Shown: positions 7,519-17,735, counted from the first letter of the stretch. The stretch: DNA of 61,057 nucleotides from Thermoflexales bacterium (GCA_014360895.1 JACIWQ010000003.1:1-61057), one strand, 5' to 3'. Notes: generated from the letters alone by a model not told the origin. Numbers and translations: made by a program.

Positions 7519-9431
7519 CTTACCCCTCGTGCTTTCCGCTCTTCCCGTTCCATCTCCGCCAGAATGCGGGCCAGTTCCTGAATGGCGATGCGCTGTTTGC
7601 GGTAGAAGTCGGACTCGCTCATGGCCAGCCGCATGGCCACGTCCCGCACCCGGTAGCCCTTGATGAATTTCAATTCCAGGATGTTGTAGAGCAACCACTC
7701 GGTGGCTGTCAGGCTGCGCTCGCCCTCCGGGCGTAGTTGCTCAATCGCCCGCAGGAGGACGGCCCGCAACGCGTTGACCGGTCCGCCGTGGTCATCCGAG
7801 GCGCGCTCTACGACCTGTAAATTCAGGAGAGGACTGCGGGTCAATTTGGGGCCACCCCAGTAATGGTCCAGAGCGTCCCATACCCAGCGCGGGAAGTCCG
7901 GCGTGGCCAGGGGGTCGGAAAGACGGGCCAGCGCCGGTGCTCCCTCGTAGCGCAGCATCTCCCGCCGTCGCTGGATTTCCTCAATCTGGGGGATAATCCG
8001 CTCCAGGACGCCGAACAACGCCTGTTGAACCATCCGGTCTTCCAAGGCGGCCTCTATCTGGGCGGCCAGGGAATGGAGGAAGTCCTGCTCCTCGGCGCTC
8101 AGGTCCACCTCCGGGGAACGGGCCTGGAGCCCCAAAATGCCGATCAGTCCGTCGTCGGAGCGGGAGCGAAGCGGCAGGAGCCAGTACCCGTCCCAGACGT
8201 AGAGGTCTCCGGAGGGCTGAAGCCGGCCGGCCAGCGCGCCGATTCCCCTGGTGGGGAGAGAGAGGTCGGAGCCTATGGCCCCGCAGACGACCTCTATTCT
8301 CGCCTGGTCCCCCTCCACCACGGCCACAAACGCGGTGGGGGTCCGGAGAAGGTCACAGAGGGCGGTCAGAACGTTCTCCAGGAACTGTCGCAGGTCGGTG
8401 GTGGTCAGCAACCGGTTGCTCAGGCTCTGAATCCAGGCAATCTCCTGCTCGTCCCGCCGATAGAGCAGGCGGTCAATCAGCGGTTTGCTCCATTCCACGC
8501 CCAGTTGGATCAGCAGAATGGCGATGACGACGCCGAAGAGGGTCAGTTGGAGGGGGGAGAGCCCGAGGAGCCCGCCCGACTGGGACGCGGCGATAATGAT
8601 GGCCACGACCACGGTCGCCTGGAAGGGCCCGCGCAGGAGATAGCGGACGAAGCGGTGCTTGACCACCCGGTCGGGGGTAAGGGCGCCGAAGAAGGCGACG
8701 GTGTAGGCCATCACCATCAGCATGCTGCCCACGAAGAGGTTGCCCAGGACCAGCAGGAGCCAGAGGAGGACGGCGGGGAGCCGCTGCGGCCACCCTGTCA
8801 GCACCAGGTAGGGGAAGACGCCGACGGCGGGGGCCAGGGACGCCAGGGCCAGGTAGGCCATCCGGCGGCGGGAAGTGGAGGTGAGGCACCGCTCCCAGGC
8901 CCGGAGGACGTTCGCCACCCCCCAGAGAATAAAGAAGGCAAAGTAGAGGGAGAAGAACCAGAACTGGGGGCCGGCTCGCAGGTGGATGGTCCCGATTTGC
9001 AGGATGCCATCCCAGACGATGCGGTCGGTGAGGAGAGCACCCAAGAAGATGACGCCGCCCAGGGCGTAGGCGACTCCGACGGCCCATGCGCGCCGGCGGC
9101 TGCGGTCGTTGGTCGTTTCTAACAGGGCACCGGTAAAATGGAAGTAGGCGGCGGGGGTGAAGGCAATCCCCACCCACTGAAAGCGAAGCCACTCCAGGGC
9201 TACCTCCACCGGCGCCGCGACGATGACCAGTTCCACAAAGTAGACGATGAGGACGCAAAAGAGGAGGGCGCTGAAAATCTGGGCGACCCGGTTGCGGAAG
9301 TTATAGAGCAACAGGTAAATCGCCAGGGCGAAAGAGAGGATGACGACGCCCGACGTCAGCAGGATGTTCAGAAGTTGAAGAACGCCGATCCAGTTCACAA
9401 TCCCAATCGTCTCAACGCAAATGGGACCCAA
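7515..9431 (-). CDS. Multi-pass membrane protein with a GAF-like middle domain and a C-terminal sigma70-region-4/HTH-like domain
   Basis: 638 aa. Roughly nine hydrophobic segments in the first ~320 aa (resembles the HisKA_7TM type). Central TTDLRQFLENVL...AFVAVVEGD...GLIGILGL looks GAF-like. The C-terminus TEWLLYNILELKFIKGYRVRDVAMRLAMSESDFYRKQRIAIQELARIL looks like an HTH. The stop TGA (7515-7517) overlaps the ATPase ATG (ATGA). The start is a TTG at 9431 and is uncertain. Confidence 0.6.
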   Translation of the reverse strand: MGPICVETIGIVNWIGVLQLLNILLTSGVVILSFALAIYLLLYNFRNRVAQIFSALLFCVLIVYFVELVIVAAPVEVALEWLRFQWVGIAFTPAAYFHFTGALLETTNDRSRRRAWAVGVAYALGGVIFLGALLTDRIVWDGILQIGTIHLRAGPQFWFFSLYFAFFILWGVANVLRAWERCLTSTSRRRMAYLALASLAPAVGVFPYLVLTGWPQRLPAVLLWLLLVLGNLFVGSMLMVMAYTVAFFGALTPDRVVKHRFVRYLLRGPFQATVVVAIIIAASQSGGLLGLSPLQLTLFGVVIAILLIQLGVEWSKPLIDRLLYRRDEQEIAWIQSLSNRLLTTTDLRQFLENVLTALCDLLRTPTAFVAVVEGDQARIEVVCGAIGSDLSLPTRGIGALAGRLQPSGDLYVWDGYWLLPLRSRSDDGLIGILGLQARSPEVDLSAEEQDFLHSLAAQIEAALEDRMVQQALFGVLERIIPQIEEIQRRREMLRYEGAPALARLSDPLATPDFPRWVWDALDHYWGGPKLTRSPLLNLQVVERASDDHGGPVNALRAVLLRAIEQLRPEGERSLTATEWLLYNILELKFIKGYRVRDVAMRLAMSESDFYRKQRIAIQELARILAEMEREERKARGVR

Positions 9432-9939
9432 ATAACAGCGCGATATCTTGATTCCGCCAGTGGTGGTCGTGGTATCCCCGGAAGGAGAAACCCAGTGCCC
9501 GATAGAAACAGATCGCCGGATGGTTGCGGGTCGGTACCTCCACCAACAACTCGCCCAATCCTTTACCGGACGCCCATGAGATGACCTCCGCCATCAGGGC
9601 ACGGCCCACTCCCTGCCGCCGATGGGCCGGGTCCACCACCAGGTCGTATACCCATGCCAATCCGTGCCCCATCAGGGAGCGCGCCGTCACATATCCGATG
9701 ATTCCTTTCTCTTCGGCCACCAGGAACAGGTCGCACTCCTCCCATCCGGCGACCAGTTCCTTCCCCTGGCGGGGGTATGGAACAGGGATAGCTCGCGGGA
9801 GGCGTACGGGCTGGAAGGTAAGCGTGATGCCTCCCTGTTGCTCGTGCTCTTCCATCCGCCAGGCGTGGTCGGTGAGGACAGAGTGGTCCAGTTTCAAACA
9901 GGGCTCTATATCGGCGGGTCGGGCTTTGCGGATTCGCAT
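9412..9939 (-). CDS. GNAT family N-acetyltransferase
   Basis: 175 aa with the acetyl-CoA motif RRQGVGRALM and NHPAICFYRALGF. Overlaps the downstream 7TM gene by 20 nt. Confidence 0.85.
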   Translation of the reverse strand: MRIRKARPADIEPCLKLDHSVLTDHAWRMEEHEQQGGITLTFQPVRLPRAIPVPYPRQGKELVAGWEECDLFLVAEEKGIIGYVTARSLMGHGLAWVYDLVVDPAHRRQGVGRALMAEVISWASGKGLGELLVEVPTRNHPAICFYRALGFSFRGYHDHHWRNQDIALLFGSHLR

Positions 9940-10015
9940 GTGCTATTCCTGCGCAGTTATACCCAGATTCTACCATTGGAGGGGATAAGAGGCAAGTTTG
10001 TGATCGGTGTCCCCC

Positions 10016-10044
10016 TTGACAGTCTCTCCAGATGATGCTAAACT
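10016..10044 (+). promoter_or_regulatory. Sigma70-like promoter of the MFS transporter gene
   Basis: TTGACA (10016-10021), 17 nt spacer, TAAACT (10039-10044). AAGGAGG lies 6 nt before the ATG at 10104. Confidence 0.5.
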
Positions 10045-10103
10045 CTCCCCACGCGGCGTCCGGCCGCTGAGATTCCCCATCCCCCCAACTCAAGGAGGCT
10101 TCC

Positions 10104-11408
10104 ATGCGTCTGGACTACAAGAAAGTCTTCCTCATCGGCTTCGGCTTCTTCTCCACCAGTGTGATGTGGGCCGTCTACAACACGTACGTGCCCATCTTCC
10201 TCCAGGCCGGCAACCCGGCCTTTGACGCCAAACTGGCCGTGCAGACCTTCGGCTTCGGCCTCAGCGCCACGCTCACGGGCTTCATCATGACATTGGATAA
10301 CATCGCCGCGTTCTTCATCCAGCCCATTATGGGCGCCCTCAGCGACCGTACCTATACCCGCATCGGCCGCCGGATGCCGTACATTATCACCTGCGCGCCC
10401 ATCGCCGTCCTGGCCTTCGCCCTGATCCCGCTGGCCCCCCAGATGATCCCACCGGAACTGAACGGGCAGGTAGACAAACTGGGCGGCCTCTTCGCCTTCT
10501 TCGTCGCCTCGCTGATGGTGATGCTGCTGGCGATGGCCGTCTTTCGGACGCCCGTCATTGCACTGATGCCGGACCTGGTCCCCTCCCCCCTGCGCTCCCA
10601 AGCCAACGGCGTCATCAACCTGATGGGGGGTCTCGGCGGGATTCTGGCCTTCCTTATCGGCGGCCTGCTCTACACACTCTACCGTCCTCTCCCCTTCTGG
10701 TTCGGCGGACTGCTCACCCTCATCGCCGTCGCCATCCTCTTCTGGAAGGTCAAGGAGCCGAAGGAACTGGTGGAGGCGGCCCGTCACGAAGAAGGGCTGG
10801 GCGTCTTCCGGGGACTGCGCAATATCCCCCGGGAGAACGTCCGCAGCCTGACCTTCCTCATCCTGGCCATCTTCTTCTGGTTCGTCGGCTACAACGCGGT
10901 GGAGACCTTCTTCAGTTCGTACGGCGTGGCGGTCCTGGGCGTCAGCGAGTCTACCGCCGGGATGATTCTCAGCATCGCCTACGTCACCTTTATCCTGTTC
11001 TCCATCCCCAGCGGCATTATCGCCACCCGCATCGGGCGGAAGCGCACCATCCTTATCGGACTGGCCGTCTTCACGGTCGTGCTGGTGGTCGCGTTCTTCA
11101 CGCCGATGGTGCCGGTGATTATCGGGCTGCTGGCGGTCGGCGGGTTGGCCTGGTCGCTGGTCAACATTAACAGCTTGCCGATGGTGGTGGATACGTCCAC
11201 CTCCGAGGAGGTGCTGGGGACCTACACGGGGCTCTACTACGTGGCGGGGACGCTGGCGGCGGTGGTGGGGCCCATCCTGAACGGGTGGGTGATTGACCTG
11301 ACGGGCCGCAACTACAACATGATTTTCCTGGTCACTCCGGCGTTCTTCGTGCTGGCGATTCTCTGTATGCTGGGCGTGACGAAGGGCGAGGCCAAGACGG
11401 CCGCCTGA
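10104..11408 (+). CDS. MFS transporter (GPH/SLC45-like sugar:cation symporter type)
   Basis: 434 aa, about 12 TM segments. Motif LSDRTYTRIGRRMPY after TM2 is typical of the GPH/SLC45 MFS group. Confidence 0.8.
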   Translation: MRLDYKKVFLIGFGFFSTSVMWAVYNTYVPIFLQAGNPAFDAKLAVQTFGFGLSATLTGFIMTLDNIAAFFIQPIMGALSDRTYTRIGRRMPYIITCAPIAVLAFALIPLAPQMIPPELNGQVDKLGGLFAFFVASLMVMLLAMAVFRTPVIALMPDLVPSPLRSQANGVINLMGGLGGILAFLIGGLLYTLYRPLPFWFGGLLTLIAVAILFWKVKEPKELVEAARHEEGLGVFRGLRNIPRENVRSLTFLILAIFFWFVGYNAVETFFSSYGVAVLGVSESTAGMILSIAYVTFILFSIPSGIIATRIGRKRTILIGLAVFTVVLVVAFFTPMVPVIIGLLAVGGLAWSLVNINSLPMVVDTSTSEEVLGTYTGLYYVAGTLAAVVGPILNGWVIDLTGRNYNMIFLVTPAFFVLAILCMLGVTKGEAKTAA

Positions 11409-12255
11409 CCGGCGCCTGCGCCAGCACCATCCCGACCAGCATCAAGCCGCCGCCCGTCCACTGGACCGGCGCGAGCCGTTCCCTCAGGAACAACCCGCCG
11501 AACAGGGCGGCGAAGACGGATTCCAAGCTCAGGATGACGGCCGCGACGGTGGGGGGAGCCTCGCGCTGGCCCAGCATCTGGAGGGTGTAGCCCACCACGA
11601 CGGAGAAGACGGCGGTATAAGGGACGGTCCACCCGACGGGCCGGAGCGCTTCCCATGATGGGGATTCCAGCGCCAGGCCGACGGTCAGGCTGAGGAGCCC
11701 GCAGGCCAGGTACTGCGCCGAGGCCAGCCGTAGGGGCTCCATCCGCCCGACCCACCGGCCAATCAGGATGACGTGCAGCGCGTAGAGGGCCGCCGATACC
11801 AGCACCAGGCTGTCGCCTGGGGCCAGGGAGAGGCGGCCCTCGGCGCTCAGAAGGAAGAGGCCGGTCGCGGCCAGCAGGGAAGCCGCCCACACGTTCCACC
11901 CTGACCGCTGGCGCCAGAAGAGGGTGAGGAGGAGGGGGACCAGGACGACGTAGAGGCCGGTGATGAAGCCGGCCTTGCCGGCGGTGGTGAAAGCCAGCCC
12001 GGCCTGCTGGGAGGCGGCGCCCGCAAAGAGGACCAGTCCCGCCAGCGCGCCGCCGCCGACTTCCTGCCGGGAGAGGCCACGCAGTCGGCGCCCGGCCATC
12101 GCCAGGACGAACAGTCCCCCCAGCAGGAAGCGGAGGCCGTTGAAGAAGAAAGTCCCCAGATAGGCAGCGGCGATTTTACAGGGGACGAAGGTGCTCCCCC
12201 AGGCCAGCGCCGCTCCCAGCAGCATCAGGTTGGCGATCCACTGCCGTCGGGTCAT
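11332..12255 (-). CDS. DMT superfamily (EamA) transporter
   Basis: 307 aa, 10 predicted TM segments in two EamA-like halves. The 3' end overlaps the convergent MFS gene by 77 nt. Confidence 0.8.
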   Translation of the reverse strand: MTRRQWIANLMLLGAALAWGSTFVPCKIAAAYLGTFFFNGLRFLLGGLFVLAMAGRRLRGLSRQEVGGGALAGLVLFAGAASQQAGLAFTTAGKAGFITGLYVVLVPLLLTLFWRQRSGWNVWAASLLAATGLFLLSAEGRLSLAPGDSLVLVSAALYALHVILIGRWVGRMEPLRLASAQYLACGLLSLTVGLALESPSWEALRPVGWTVPYTAVFSVVVGYTLQMLGQREAPPTVAAVILSLESVFAALFGGLFLRERLAPVQWTGGGLMLVGMVLAQAPVRRPSWPRPSSRPAYRESPARRTPE

Positions 12256-12259
12256 GCTT

Positions 12260-13789
<1,530 letters not shown>

Positions 13790-13826
13790 AGGTCATTTCC
13801 TCTTGTACAAGATCCATCATCCTGCA

Positions 13827-14459
13827 CTACATGGGTTCTCCGGGGCCGATGTCGGCCAGGATTTGCTGGACGACGGCCCGGACGATGCCGTAGGGGAAGC
13901 CCCGGCGGAGCAGGTAGTCCATCAGCCGACGGCGGAAGAGGTCGGGGGCCAGCCCGCGCAGTTTGCGGCGGGCCGCCTCCGCCGCCCGCGCGGCGGCTTC
14001 TTCCTCATCGTACTCCGCCAGCGCCTCCTCTATGGCCGATTCGTCCACCCCCTTCTGCCGGAGTTCCTGCCGGAGCGCCATGGCCCCTCGGGGGTTGTGC
14101 TGGAGGCGGTTCTGGACCCAGTAGCGGGCGAACTCCCGGTCGTCCACCAGCCCACTGCGGCGCAGCCGCTCCAGGACCTCTCCGGCCGTTTCTGCATCGT
14201 ATCGCTCGGCCAAGCGCTCCCGGATTTCCGCCTCGCTGCGGGGGCGGTAGGAGAGGAGGTCCAGCGCTCGCTCGGCGGCCCGCTCGGCGGTATCCCGCTG
14301 CCGGAGGCGGGCGATGTCCTCGTCGGAGAGGACCTGCCCCACCCGCAGGCGGGCCGCTTCTATGGCCGCCAGCCCGAAGGCGAAGCGGCCGTCCAGGTAG
14401 ACGTTGACCCGATTCCGGTTGCGCTTCTGGACTCTGAGCGCCGTGATTTGCCCGCCCAT
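13827..14459 (-). CDS. recX: Recombination regulator RecX
   Basis: ITALRVQKRNRNRVNVYLDGRFAF start and three-helix repeats. Located downstream of recA. I prefer the ATG at 14457-14459 over the TTG at 14471 used by the track. Confidence 0.85.
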   Translation of the reverse strand: MGGQITALRVQKRNRNRVNVYLDGRFAFGLAAIEAARLRVGQVLSDEDIARLRQRDTAERAAERALDLLSYRPRSEAEIRERLAERYDAETAGEVLERLRRSGLVDDREFARYWVQNRLQHNPRGAMALRQELRQKGVDESAIEEALAEYDEEEAAARAAEAARRKLRGLAPDLFRRRLMDYLLRRGFPYGIVRAVVQQILADIGPGEPM

Positions 14460-14783
14460 GGGCTTCCCCAACAGCCGCTATATAGCGCCGCGCGCCGTAG
14501 CTTGGAGGCCACGGCGCGCGGCGTATGCCCAGATAGGTCCGACCCGAACGGTTCTTACCACAAATCGGGCATGGCGTAGATGGAGCCAGGAAACGCCCGC
14601 TCTCCACCTGAGAGGCCCGGTCAACCTGAGCCCTCAGGTCTCAGGGCGAAACGCTGATCCTACGCCGTAGAGAGAAATGGCTCTGTGTCCATATCGCCAC
14701 TCACGGGAGTGCCGATGCGGCCCGGAAAATCACCTGTCGGATCGGATGACAGGACAATACGCCTCGCCGTGGCCCGGCCGACT

Positions 14784-15812
14784 CTACGCCGGTTCTACGT
14801 CTTCGGTGACGAGAGGCGGAGGGGCCTCCATGGCCCTTTCCCGAATCTGTTGCTCCAGTTCGGCCGTGACCTCCGGATGGTCCCGCAGGTACTGCTTGGC
14901 GTTCTCCCGCCCCTGAGCGATGTTCTGCCCCTGGTAACTGTAGAACGAACCGCGCTTCTCTATCAGGCCGTACTGGACGGCCAGGTCCAGGATGTCCCCC
15001 TCCCGACTGATGCCTTTGCCGTAGATAATGTCAAACTCGGCGACCCGGAAGGGGGGCGCGACTTTGTTCTTGGTCACCCGCACGCGGGTGCGGCTCCCGA
15101 TGACCTCCCCTTTCTCCTTGATGCCGGTGACCCGCCGGACGTCCAGGCGGACGCTGGCGTAGAATTTCAGGGCCCGACCGCCGGTGGTCGTCTCCGAACT
15201 GCCGAAGACGACGCCGATTTTCTCCCGTAACTGATTGGTGAAAATCATAGCTGTATTGGACTGTTTGATGGCCCCGGAGAGTTTCCGGAGCGCCTGGCTC
15301 ATCAGTCGGGCCTGGAGGCCGGGGTGGGAATCTCCCATTTCGCCCTCAATCTCGGCGCGGGGGACCAACGCGGCAACGGAGTCTATGACGACCACGTCCA
15401 CTGCCCCGCTGCGGACGAGGGTCTCCGCGATTTCCAGCGCCTGTTCGCCGGTATCCGGCTGGGCGATGTAGAGATTATCCACGTCCACACCGCACGCTTC
15501 CGCATATTCGGGGTCCAGAGCATGCTCCATGTCAATGTACGCCGCCACACCGCCTCGCTTCTGGGCTTCGGCGACGATGTGGAGGGCCAGGGTGGTCTTG
15601 CCGGCGCCGTCGGGGCCGTAGATTTCGGTGACCCGGCCGCGCGGGATGCCGCCCACGCCCAGCGCGATGTCCAGGGAAAGCGCCCCGGTGGGGATGACAT
15701 CCACTGCCAGTTGGGTGGCCTCGCCCAGACGCATCACCGTCCCTTCGCCGAACCGCTTGGTCAGGGTTGCCAGAGCCGCTTCCAGTGCTTTTTGCCGTCC
15801 TTCCTCTTTCAT
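14784..15812 (-). CDS. recA: Recombinase RecA
   Basis: [10 protein letters not shown], Walker [16 protein letters not shown], and [15 protein letters not shown] use the ATG at 15810-15812 ([11 protein letters not shown]...); the track ORF has 12 extra codons. Confidence 0.97.
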   Translation of the reverse strand: MKEEGRQKALEAALATLTKRFGEGTVMRLGEATQLAVDVIPTGALSLDIALGVGGIPRGRVTEIYGPDGAGKTTLALHIVAEAQKRGGVAAYIDMEHALDPEYAEACGVDVDNLYIAQPDTGEQALEIAETLVRSGAVDVVVIDSVAALVPRAEIEGEMGDSHPGLQARLMSQALRKLSGAIKQSNTAMIFTNQLREKIGVVFGSSETTTGGRALKFYASVRLDVRRVTGIKEKGEVIGSRTRVRVTKNKVAPPFRVAEFDIIYGKGISREGDILDLAVQYGLIEKRGSFYSYQGQNIAQGRENAKQYLRDHPEVTAELEQQIRERAMEAPPPLVTEDVEPA

Positions 15813-15860
15813 CAGACCACCGCCTCCGGCTGGTAAGTAGCAAACCAACGGCTTTTATTA

Positions 15861-15889
15861 AGTGTACTACGAAAGCGAAGAAAAGGCAA
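15861..15889 (-). promoter_or_regulatory. Sigma70-like promoter of recA
   Basis: Minus strand reads TTGCCT (15889-15884), 17 nt spacer, TACACT (15866-15861). I found no GAAC-N4-GTTC type SOS box. Confidence 0.4.
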
Positions 15890-15905
15890 ATGCGCGATAC
15901 CCCAT

Positions 15906-15934
15906 TTGCAGAACTGCAGCAAAAAGGGTATACT
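15906..15934 (+). promoter_or_regulatory. Sigma70-like promoter of the FAD/2Fe-2S dehydrogenase subunit gene
   Basis: TTGCAG (15906-15911), 17 nt spacer, TATACT (15929-15934). An inverted repeat tgcag-aa-ctgca overlaps the -35/spacer. GGCGGAGG precedes the ATG at 15966. Confidence 0.5.
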
Positions 15935-15965
15935 CTAACCAGACTACTTTGGGCGGAGGTTTGCG

Positions 15966-17387
15966 ATGACCCTCTGGGAGACGTACTACACACCGACCTC
16001 CGTAGAGGAAACTCTGCAGTTATTAGCCGAATCCGGCCCTCGGGCCCGCCCGATCGCCGGCGGGACCGACCTGCTGTTGGAACTGGAGCGCGGGGTGCGG
16101 CAGGCACCCGTCCTCATAGACATCAGCCGGGTGCCAGGATTGGACGGAATTGTGATGGACGGCGAAACCCTTCGCCTGGGCCCGCTGGTCACCCACAACC
16201 GGCTGGTGGCCTCGGCGACAGTTCGGGAACGGGCTTTCCCATTGGCGCAGGCGGCCTGGAGTATCGGAGCGCCGGCCATCCGTAATCGGGCAACCCTGGG
16301 CGGCAATCTCATCACCGCCTCTCCCGCCAACGACACCATCCCCCCGTTGGTCGCGCTGGGGGCCACCCTTGTCCTCCGTTCGGCGCGCGGGGAGCGGCAG
16401 GTCCCCATCCGGGAGTTCTACAAGGGAGTGCGGCAGGTGGACCTGGCTCCCGACGAGATGTTGACCGAAATCCGGGTACCGGTCCTGGCTCCCAGCGAGC
16501 GGGGAGTCTTCCTGAAACTGAGCTTGCGTCAGGCGCTGGCGGTCTCCGTGGTCAACGCAGCCGTGGTGGTCCGGCTGGAGCGGGGGGTCGTCACCCGGGC
16601 GCGGGTAGCGCTGGGGAGCGTGGCCCCCACCGTCATCCGGGCCTGCGAGGCCGAGGGGGTGCTGGTGGGCGGCCCGCTGACGGAGGAGCGCATCGCCGAA
16701 GCGGCGGACCTGGCGGCCCGGGCCGCCGTCCCCATAGACGACATCCGCGCCGGCGCGGAGTACCGCCGGGAGATGGTCCGCGTGCTGGTCCGGCGGGCGC
16801 TGGCCGCGCTGGCCGAAGGGCGGGAGCGCACCAGCTTCCCGGACCACCCCCCGCTCCTCTGGGGCCGCAGCGACGGCCGCTTCCCCCGCCTGGCTGGCCG
16901 GACCGTCCGCCACACCGTCGGCGAGGATGAGCCCATAGAGTGCACCGTCAACGGCGAGAACCACGTCGTCCGCGGGGCCAATGGCAAGACCCTCCTGCGG
17001 ATGCTCCGGGAAGACCTGGGGCTCACCGGCACCAAGGAGGGATGCGGCGAGGGGGAATGCGGCGCCTGTACGATCTGGCTGGACGGCATCGCCGTCCTCT
17101 CCTGCCTGGTCCCGGCCCCGCGCGCCCACGGCGCCCAGATCGTCACCGTGGAAGGACTGGGGCGGGGAGAGAACCTCCATCCCCTCCAGCAGGCCTTCAT
17201 CCAGGAAGGGGCGGTCCAGTGTGGCTACTGCACCCCTGGCTTCGTGATGAGCGGGGCCAAGTTGCTGGAGGAACTGCCCAGCCCGTCCCGCGAGCAGATT
17301 CTCCACGCCATCGCCGGGAACCTCTGCCGCTGTACCGGCTACTACAAAATTGTGCGGGCCATAGAACGGGCCGCCACCGGTGTTTAA
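15966..17387 (+). CDS. Fused FAD-binding (CoxM/XdhB-like) and 2Fe-2S (CoxS/XdhC-like) subunit of a molybdopterin (xanthine dehydrogenase family) enzyme
   Basis: N-terminal half has AGGTDLLLE and the CO-dehydrogenase flavoprotein C-terminal pattern. C-terminal ~160 aa carry CGEGECGACTIWLDG...LSC and QCGYCTPGF...CRCTGY, the two 2Fe-2S motifs. Confidence 0.85.
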   Translation: MTLWETYYTPTSVEETLQLLAESGPRARPIAGGTDLLLELERGVRQAPVLIDISRVPGLDGIVMDGETLRLGPLVTHNRLVASATVRERAFPLAQAAWSIGAPAIRNRATLGGNLITASPANDTIPPLVALGATLVLRSARGERQVPIREFYKGVRQVDLAPDEMLTEIRVPVLAPSERGVFLKLSLRQALAVSVVNAAVVVRLERGVVTRARVALGSVAPTVIRACEAEGVLVGGPLTEERIAEAADLAARAAVPIDDIRAGAEYRREMVRVLVRRALAALAEGRERTSFPDHPPLLWGRSDGRFPRLAGRTVRHTVGEDEPIECTVNGENHVVRGANGKTLLRMLREDLGLTGTKEGCGEGECGACTIWLDGIAVLSCLVPAPRAHGAQIVTVEGLGRGENLHPLQQAFIQEGAVQCGYCTPGFVMSGAKLLEELPSPSREQILHAIAGNLCRCTGYYKIVRAIERAATGV

Positions 17388-17735
17388 AAACCACGAAGGG
17401 CACGAAGAATTTATTTGCTTTGCGTCTTCGCGGTGAACGCCGAAAAACCGCAAAGGACGCAAAGGGCGCAAAGATTTTTTTATTTTCTTTATATCTTTGT
17501 GTCTTCGTGGTGAACGTTTAGAACCGCAAAGGACGCAAAGGGCGCAAAGATTTTTTTATTTTCTTTATATCTTTGTGTCTTTGTGTCTTCGTGGTGAACG
17601 TTTAGAACCGCAAAGGACGCAAAGGGCGCAAAGAAAATCTTAAAAACCTTTGCGCTCTCTGCGGTGAAAACATAAACCGCAAAGGGTGCAAAGAATTCTT
17701 TGTTTTCTTCCTGTCTTCGGGGTGAACCACAGGAG
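17388..17735. repeat. Array of five tandem hairpin-type 'word' repeats (CCGCAAAGGACGCAAAGGGCGCAAAGA ... TCTTTGTGTCTTCGTGGTGAA)
   Basis: The left-arm motif aaccgcaaaggacgcaaagggcgcaaaga starts at 17446, 17522 and 17606 (periods 76 and 84 nt). The copies at 17446 and 17522 are near-identical over about 68 nt, including the AT-rich loop. Degenerate units lie at 17390-17445 and 17669-17730. Confidence 0.85.

Noticed and set aside
7519-7698. 60-codon N-terminal extension of the ATPase ORF. Analogous extensions exist for rpsF (2332-2406), recA (15813-15848), the AbfD-like gene (17700-17741), the ABC ATPases (20035-20064; 55099-55284), the permease (20442-20852), DUF523 (27797-27853), nadC (32771-32854), mntA, hepT and the NT/HEPN genes.
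   Set aside because: In each case an internal ATG with a good Shine-Dalgarno sequence coincides with the start of the conserved family N-terminus. The extension overlaps an upstream gene, promoter or repeat.
15813-15905. LexA/SOS (Cheo-type GAAC-N4-GTTC) box upstream of recA.
   Set aside because: No such palindrome is present. The only inverted repeat nearby (tgcag-aa-ctgca, about 15907-15918) overlaps the promoter of the divergent gene and does not resemble known SOS boxes.
16023-17471. 482-aa minus-strand ORF, and similar long antisense ORFs at 97-1287, 7863-9122, 10038-10787, 17640-19010, 24958-26406, 29004-29813, 29968-31134, 34489-35793, 35849-37009, 39571-40947, 41458-42651, 42821-43783, 44245-45036, 46086-47237, 55705-57174 and 57286-58656.
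   Set aside because: Each lies antisense to, or out of frame with, a gene carrying diagnostic family motifs (CoxM/S, SurA-like, MFS, AbfD, DeoC/LepB, URO-D, SPFH, DUF362, amidohydrolases, ThrC, NifS, MnmA, NadB, sugar dehydrogenase). Each has the Arg/Gly/Pro/His/Asp-rich composition of GC-driven open frames.
17388-17735. Possible CRISPR array: regularly spaced repeats in an intergenic region.
   Set aside because: The units are hairpins with two complementary arms and an AT-rich loop. Where spacers would be, the sequence is the complementary arm, partly identical between units, rather than unique sequence. The periods are irregular (76 and 84 nt), and no cas genes are in the window.
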